A DNA stretch of 64,000 bases, taken from positions 1 to 64,000 of the forward strand of contig CAUYUJ010000026.1 of NCBI GenBank assembly GCA_963575745.1, given 5' to 3'. The notes below the pieces were generated by a model that saw nothing but the letters and a program-made list of their open reading frames with translations, searched no databases and had not been told where the DNA came from. How positions within the stretch are numbered: the stretch's first letter is position 1; every line of letters starts with the position of its first letter. Positions 57,779-64,000 of the stretch are shown here, in pieces. The stretch comes from Prorocentrum cordatum. Its lineage: Eukaryota. A program made the position numbers and the translations under genes.

Positions 57779-59305
57779 CCCGGAAAGGGCTAAGGCCCAG
57801 GGTTCTCTTTTAGTTGGTTTCCCCCCGGTTTTGACGGCTGTAGGGCCGGCGAATTTCTTTTGAGATAAATAACGAGGTCGCGTAGGGCCGGCGAATTAAA
57901 ATTTGAGAATGTCTCGAGCGAAACGCTTGTTTTTCAGAATTTGTTGAGGATGTCTCGAGCGAAACGCTTGTTTTGTGTTATAGATTGTCCTCTCCTGGGG
58001 ACCTGAATTCTGAGGATCTCTCAAGTGGATTGCTTGTTTTCACGTGCCCAGGTCTTGAGGATGTCTCGAGCGAGACGCTTGGTTTCACGCCTCCAGGTGG
58101 CCCAGACAGATGTCTCGCATGAGGATTTGTTGAGGATGTCTCGAACCAGAGGCTTGTTTTCACGTGTCCAGGTCGCCTAGGCGGATGTCTAGCATGAGCA
58201 TGTGTTGAGGATGTCTCGAACGAGACGCTTGTTTGCACGTGTCCAGGTCGCCCAGGCGGATGTCTAGCATGAGCATGTGCTGACAACGTCTTGAGCGAAA
58301 CGCGTGTTTTCACGTGTCCAGGTCGCCCAGGCACAGCACAGCCCTCGGCACGGTACATCAATATCGATACCCTTAGCATTGCAGCCTGGCATGTTGCCTG
58401 GCACGTTCCGCGGAGCGTCCCGTGGCGAGTCCCCCATTGCACGTCGCGCGGTGCACGTCAATTGGCACGTTCCGTAGCGCGTCCCCTTGGCACGTCCCGC
58501 GGTGCGTGCCCATGGCACGTCCCCTGGCACGTCGCCTGGCGCGTCCCTTGGGACGTTCCGCGGCGCGTCCTCTTGGCATGTTCCCTCTGTCGATTAGTTC
58601 TGGGGCAGCTACCATCTGCTCAGGCAGCTCGAGCTTACGATCCAGATCAGTTCGGTGAGGACTCGGATGCCAGGGAGGACTCGATCCACAACGCTACATA
58701 GAGCACAATCGCGGCATGGCACATCGCAGTTCAGCACGGCCCAGCACAGCACAGCCGTCGGCACGGTACATCAAGATCGATACACTCAATTATGCACCTG
58801 GGCACGTTCCTTGGCGCGTTCCGTGGCGAGTCCACCTGGCACGTCGCGCGGCGCGTCCCCTGTCACGTCCCTCGGCACGTCCATTGGCACGTTCCGTAGC
58901 GCGTCCCCTTGGCACGTCCCGCGGTGCGTGCTCATGGCACGTCCCCTGGCACGTCGCCTGGCGCGTCCTTTAGGACGTTCCGCGGCGCGTCCTCCTGGCA
59001 TGTTCCCTCTGTCGATTAGTTCTGGGGCAGCTACCATCTGCTCAGGCAGCTCGAGCTTACGATCCAGATCAGTTCGGTGAGTACTCAGATTCCAGGGAGG
59101 ACTCGATCCACAACGCTATATAGAGCACAATCGCGGCATGGCACATCGCAGTTCAGCACGGCGTAGCACAGCACAGCCCTCGGCACAGTACATCATCATC
59201 GATACATTCAGCATTGCATGTGCCCGTCGCCCAATCAGGTGTCTTTGAAATGTTGCAATGCCTTACATTTCTATATTCCTTTCCGGGTTCGTGGGTCGAT
59301 CATGT
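57779..59305 (+). mobile_element. Family B copy 3
   Basis: Same termini and internal repeats. Confidence 0.7.
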
Positions 59306-59881
59306 TTTTCATGGTGGGATGCTTGTTAGGACGTGAGATCCGCCGAGGAGAGCGTGACCAAATTTGGAAATGCTGGCGAGTCTAGAGTGCTGGAGGTGCA
59401 GGGGGGGGCCAGATGGCCCGAGAGGCGGTTGGGATGGCCAGGGGACCGCAGTGTACCGCGCGGCACCGTCGGCCGAGCTCCATGCAGCGGGCACGCCAGA
59501 TAAGAGACGGGTTTGTCAGCAGATGCCCGACGGAAGTTTCCCTTCCGCCGATGACCTTGGGTGGCCCACAGCAGCTTCGGGAAACCTCAGGGCCCTCAAA
59601 GATCGATGAAGAATGTGCCCCAAGATTTCTTTTTGCAAAGCCTCCGGTCGTATTTGCCTACTGTATCACCTCTGGCACGCTGAAAATTGGGTCGTCCTGG
59701 GGTGAGCTCGTCGGTCACGGCCAGAGCCGGGCGCCCTCCGGAGGAGCCAGGGACCCACACCCAGGACGCATGAACGATGTTGCAATAAACCTTCCGTCAA
59801 AGTTCCCTCTTCATGCGTCTCAGCAGGAAATTATTCAATGGAATGCCCCTGAGGAGGCAGATGCCGCGGCCCCACCTTTTT

Positions 59882-60625
59882 CCCGGAAAGGGCTCGAGCC
59901 CAGGGTTCTCTTTTAGTGGGTTCCCCCCGGTTTCGACGGCTGTAGGGCCGGCGAAATTATTCTGCGATGAATTACGTGCGGGAGTAGGGCCGGCGGAATT
60001 ATTCTGCGATAAATTACGTGGTAAAGTGTGAATTTGCACGTGGTCCCGAGCTGGAACCACGTGTTTTCACGTGTCCAGGCCACCCAGGGGGGTATCTAAC
60101 ATGGTGGTCCCGAGCTGGAGCCACGTGTTTTTTGGCGCGTTCCTTGGCGAGTCCACCTGGCACGTCGCGCGGTGCGTCCCCTGGCACGTCCCGCGGCACG
60201 TCCATTGGCACGTTCCGTAGCGCGTCCCCTTGGCACGTCCCGCGGTGCGTGCACATGGCACGTCCCCTGGCACGCCGCCTGGCGCGTCCCTTGGGACGTT
60301 CCGCGGCGCGTCCTCCTGGCATATCCCCTCTGTCGATTAGTTCTGGGACAGCTACCATCTTCTCAGGCAGCTCGAGCTTAAGATCCAGATCAGTTCGGTC
60401 AGGACTCGGATGCCAGGGAGGACTCGATCCACAACGCTATATAGAGCACAATCGCGGCATGGAACATCGCAGTTCAGCACGGCCAGCACAGCACAGCCCT
60501 CGGCACAGTACATCAAGATCTGTACATTCAGCACTGCATTTGCCCGTCGCCCAATCAAGTGTCTTTGAAACTTTGCCATGACTTACATTTCTGTATTCCT
60601 TTCCGGGCTCGTGGGTCGATCATGT
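59882..60625 (+). mobile_element. Family B copy 4 (short)
   Basis: Same termini; single internal unit. Confidence 0.7.
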
Positions 60626-61546
60626 TTTGAATCGTGGATTTTGTGGAGGGCAGTGGAGACCTTGGGAGGGTGGGTGGAGGAACAGGAGGACAATTGAAAT
60701 GATCCCAGAGGGCGAGAGGGGGTGTAAGATGGCCTCAGAGGGCTTCTCTGAATGCGACCAGACTGGCAGTTGGAATGATTCCAGAGGGCGAGAGGGAGGT
60801 GAAACATGGGCCCAGAGGGCTTGCAAAGACACCAGAAAGCTGCTGAAGATGGCTCCAAGAGGCTACAAAAGCAGGCCACAAGGGCACCCAAAGGTATGGA
60901 ACATTACTGACGACACCGAAGAGGGATACGTAGAGGCAGACAAAAGCATCGCCAGTTAGTTTTGGGGCCTCAGACGGGATTCCAGGGATCCCCCTGGGCG
61001 CGCCCAAGACCGCTCACGACACCACCAAAAAGGAGTCCAGACTGTCGTGGGGGGGCCCGAAAGGCTGTCAGGGCGACCGCAGAGAGCATCCGCATGTTGC
61101 AAGATGGCCGCAAGAGCCCGCGGAGAAACACGGGAGCTCCAAGAGAGGCGCCAGGAACAGTCCGATAAGGACAGAATCGTAATATTCCGGTGTGTTTTAC
61201 AGTTTTACAGCGTTTTTGCGTGTTGGGGGTTTCTGGTGTATGAGACTCGAAGAGAGGTGGAGAGGCATCCGGGACGGCCGTTGGTGGCCCTAAGGGCGGT
61301 CAAGGTCAGCCCAGAAAGAGCCCCGAGAGGCCCCCCCAACCGGCCCAGTAGGCCCCTGGAGAGGTGTCTGAGAGGGCTGGTGGCGCTCGGAAGCCGAGCA
61401 CGTGAAAGGAGCGTCGTTTTGGGACGGCAGTGGTGGCAAGAAGGCGCCCCGGCCGCAGCCCAGGCACCTGGGCCGGCGGAATGAGCAGGCCACGGGGAGG
61501 ACCCCAGGAGGGGTTGCCAGGGCTCCGAGAAAGAGCATGGGCACGA

Positions 61547-61675
61547 TTGAGTCAGGCCTGTCCCTCTACAGGGCGAATGTTCAAAAATAATTCACAAATA
61601 GTCAGTGGAGGATTTTAAGTTTATCTTTAATTTTTCATTTCAGAATCCAACTGTAGGGGGACATGCCGGACCTAA
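61547..61675. mobile_element. MITE family D, copy 3
   Basis: TIRs ttgagtcaggcctgtccctctacag / ctgtagggggacatgccggacctaa; 8-bp TSD gggcacga / gggtacga. Confidence 0.85.
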
Positions 61676-62009
61676 GGGTACGAGGAGTGCGTGGGCAAGG
61701 GACTGAGGGGAAAGAATTCGTGCAGACCGTGCGGCGGGGATCTCACACGCCGTGCCCGGTGGTGCAGCGCATCGCTTCGCTTCGCACATTCCGCTTGCCC
61801 GTTTCGCATCACAGTGGCTGCATGATGGTGTGCTCGTACCCATGGGGGACGATAGGGCAGGCAAGACTGTCCTCGAGGATCTCTTTGGAGATGTGGCCCG
61901 CACCATATCGAAGAGAGCCCATAGACTGCTCCAGATGGCGCCAAAATGGCTCAATAGAGCTCCAGCATAATTTCGAGACGTACATGGGTTGTGAGTCAGA
62001 GACCTCGTG

Positions 62010-62620
62010 GATGCTTCTTGGGGTCTCTTCGGAGGGCTCTCGGGAGCATCTGGGGAGAAGTTTTGAGGCCTCTGGGAAGCCTCTTAGGGCTTCCTGGGGG
62101 CCTGTTGGGGGTTTTGGCAGCCCTTTTTTGGGCCTCTTGGGGGGCCTCTTGGGGGGCTCTTGGGGGGCTCTTGGGGGGCTTCCTGTGCGCCTCTTGGAGC
62201 CGAGAGCTCGAAATGTCTGTTCGGGTTCCCTCTTGGGGCCCCCTCTTGGGGCCATCCTTGGGCCGTCTTGCAGGCCTCTTGGACCGTCTTAGGGCCATCT
62301 TGGGCCATTCTTAAGGGACCCTCTCGGAGGCTTTTTGGGCCGTCTTGGAGCGATCGTGGGGTCCAGGGCGGCTGGCAGCTCGAAAAGGCGGTACCGCCCA
62401 AATCGTCCGAAAACCTGCGTGAAATACGTGATACGTGTTTTTTGCGTCTTCGGGCCTTCTCGAAGTCCTCTTGGGACCCTCCTGGAGCGCTTCGTGGACC
62501 GTCTTTGGACCAGCGTGGGCCATGTTGGAACGGCCTGAGGCCGTGGGGCGTGCCACTGGGAACTTGCTGGGACCTTGCCGGGCCCTTGCCGGGGTACTTG
62601 TCGTCTGGGGACCCCCAGAG
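62010..62620 (+). repeat. Degenerate (GGGCCTCTTGG)-type low-complexity repeat
   Basis: Direct reading. Confidence 0.6.
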
Positions 62621-62954
62621 ACCGCCACGCGCGTGCGAACTAGTAACTTTCTTGAACTCTAGCCGGAGATTTTAGCACGCCTCTGGCCTGTTGGGCCGGC
62701 GAATTTTGTTTGCGGAAAGTGCCCCATAGTAATGAATTTGAATGAGAAGTCTGAATCGTGCCTAAACGCCATTCCTGGGACTACATCGCCGCGAGTCAAC
62801 GTAATTTGCTGCGTCTTGGCAAGCCTAGATCGTGCCAGAAGACCGTTCCAGGGACATCAACACCGCGAATCAACGTGACTCTAGCGTCCTGGCAATCCTA
62901 AGCCGCGCCAGAACACCATTCCTATCATACGAACCCATGCAACGGTTGCGAACT

Positions 62955-63170
62955 TTGAGGCGAATGTGCGCGGCGCTACGGCGAGAACCACATTTTGAAA
63001 AGGAGCAGCCCTCAATGCATCAAGCTGTTGCAAACACGCATGTGCGCGGCGCTAAAGCGACAGCCGCATCTTGAAAGCAGCCCGTCCTCAATTTGAGACC
63101 AATGCGCTCGGCGCTAAAATGAGAGCCGCATTTTGAAAGCGACCCACCGTCCATCCTTGAATCTGTTGCA
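62955..63170 (+). repeat. Dispersed repeat related to 775-1122
   Basis: Shared unit motif. Confidence 0.55.
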
Positions 63171-63497
63171 ATTGTGAAACTTCGGGTTCATCAATGGTGG
63201 GGAGATCTCCGGCGAAATGTCTGGCCCGCCCTACTGACGCGTCTGAGGGTGCGACAGGGAGGAGCGACAGGGAGGAGTTATCTATAAGGAATGTCAGGCC
63301 GCGTGGGCCCCTTTAAGCAGTGTGGCTCTAGCAATACAGGTTGTGCCATCTATGTGGAACCGCCCATGTGGTGCAATCGATGTTTTGCAATCTATTGTGT
63401 GCAGTATATGTTGTGCAACCTGTGTTGGCAGTACAAATGCTTCGATATAGGAAGGTCATCATATGTTGTGCAACATATGGAACAGTCTGTACGGTGC

Positions 63498-64000
63498 AAT
63501 TCGCCCTGCCGAAGTTGAAGTTGTCAGCCCCACTGCTCGCGCAGGCATTCCACCCACCCACCCGCATTTTTTTTTGCAACACACATTCGGCGGCGATTGC
63601 GATGAGTGCTTGGAGTTGGCTGGTGCATCTCTGCGGCCGTGCTTGCCCGCGCATGCTCGCGCGCTCAGCGGCCAGCTGGTGTGGCGCGACCGACGTGGCC
63701 GCGGTGGCGTTGACCGCTGGGCATTCCCCAGCGTGCACCTCAGTGCGAGTCGGGGTATCATGGCAACGTCGACAACGGCAGGCGCGATGATGATGGTAGC
63801 GATGCTGGTGATGATGATGAGGACAACGACGACGGCAAGGCCAGTGACCGCGCGGATGCTGATCGCGCCGACGACGATGACTGCGATTTCGCGTCGGTGA
63901 TTAAGGTTGAGGAGGGAGGTCGACATGCGCGCTCGGCCGGCGCGCGAGGGTGGCCCGCATGGTTTTATTTGACACGGATCGTGCCCCCCCCCCAGCGCGC
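63498..64000 (+). repeat. Dispersed repeat homologous to 48020-48560
   Basis: Colinear similarity. Confidence 0.8.

Overview
Eukaryotic, GC-rich, almost entirely repetitive DNA with no recognisable intact host gene, RNA gene or CRISPR array. A relic of the dinoflagellate spliced leader (TTTTGGCTCAAG, 29792-29803) and the repeat landscape point to a dinoflagellate genome (inference). Large simple-repeat fields ((GGA)n, (TAG)n, (GAC)n, (CAT)n, (GT)n, (GCCCTATA)n) generate most of the ORFs in the six-frame track, and there is a 100-N gap. Embedded in them are: (1) a decayed APE-RT-zinc-finger LINE (minus strand) with an extra ORF downstream of pol; (2) a decayed non-LTR element with RNase H placed upstream of RT; (3) a rearranged tyrosine-recombinase retrotransposon with A-B-A-B split direct repeats; (4) a TSD-bounded chimeric retro-insertion joining a spliced-leader-bearing unknown ORF (possibly an RNA-virus nucleoprotein) to a 5'-truncated RTE-like LINE; (5) a ~27 kb cluster of three families of non-autonomous Helentron-like elements carrying satellites, one copy retaining a PIF1-type helicase fragment; and (6) a MITE family with 8-bp TSDs, one copy expanded to 6.2 kb by nested insertions. 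All alignments were done by eye, so boundaries are approximate unless a junction sequence is quoted.
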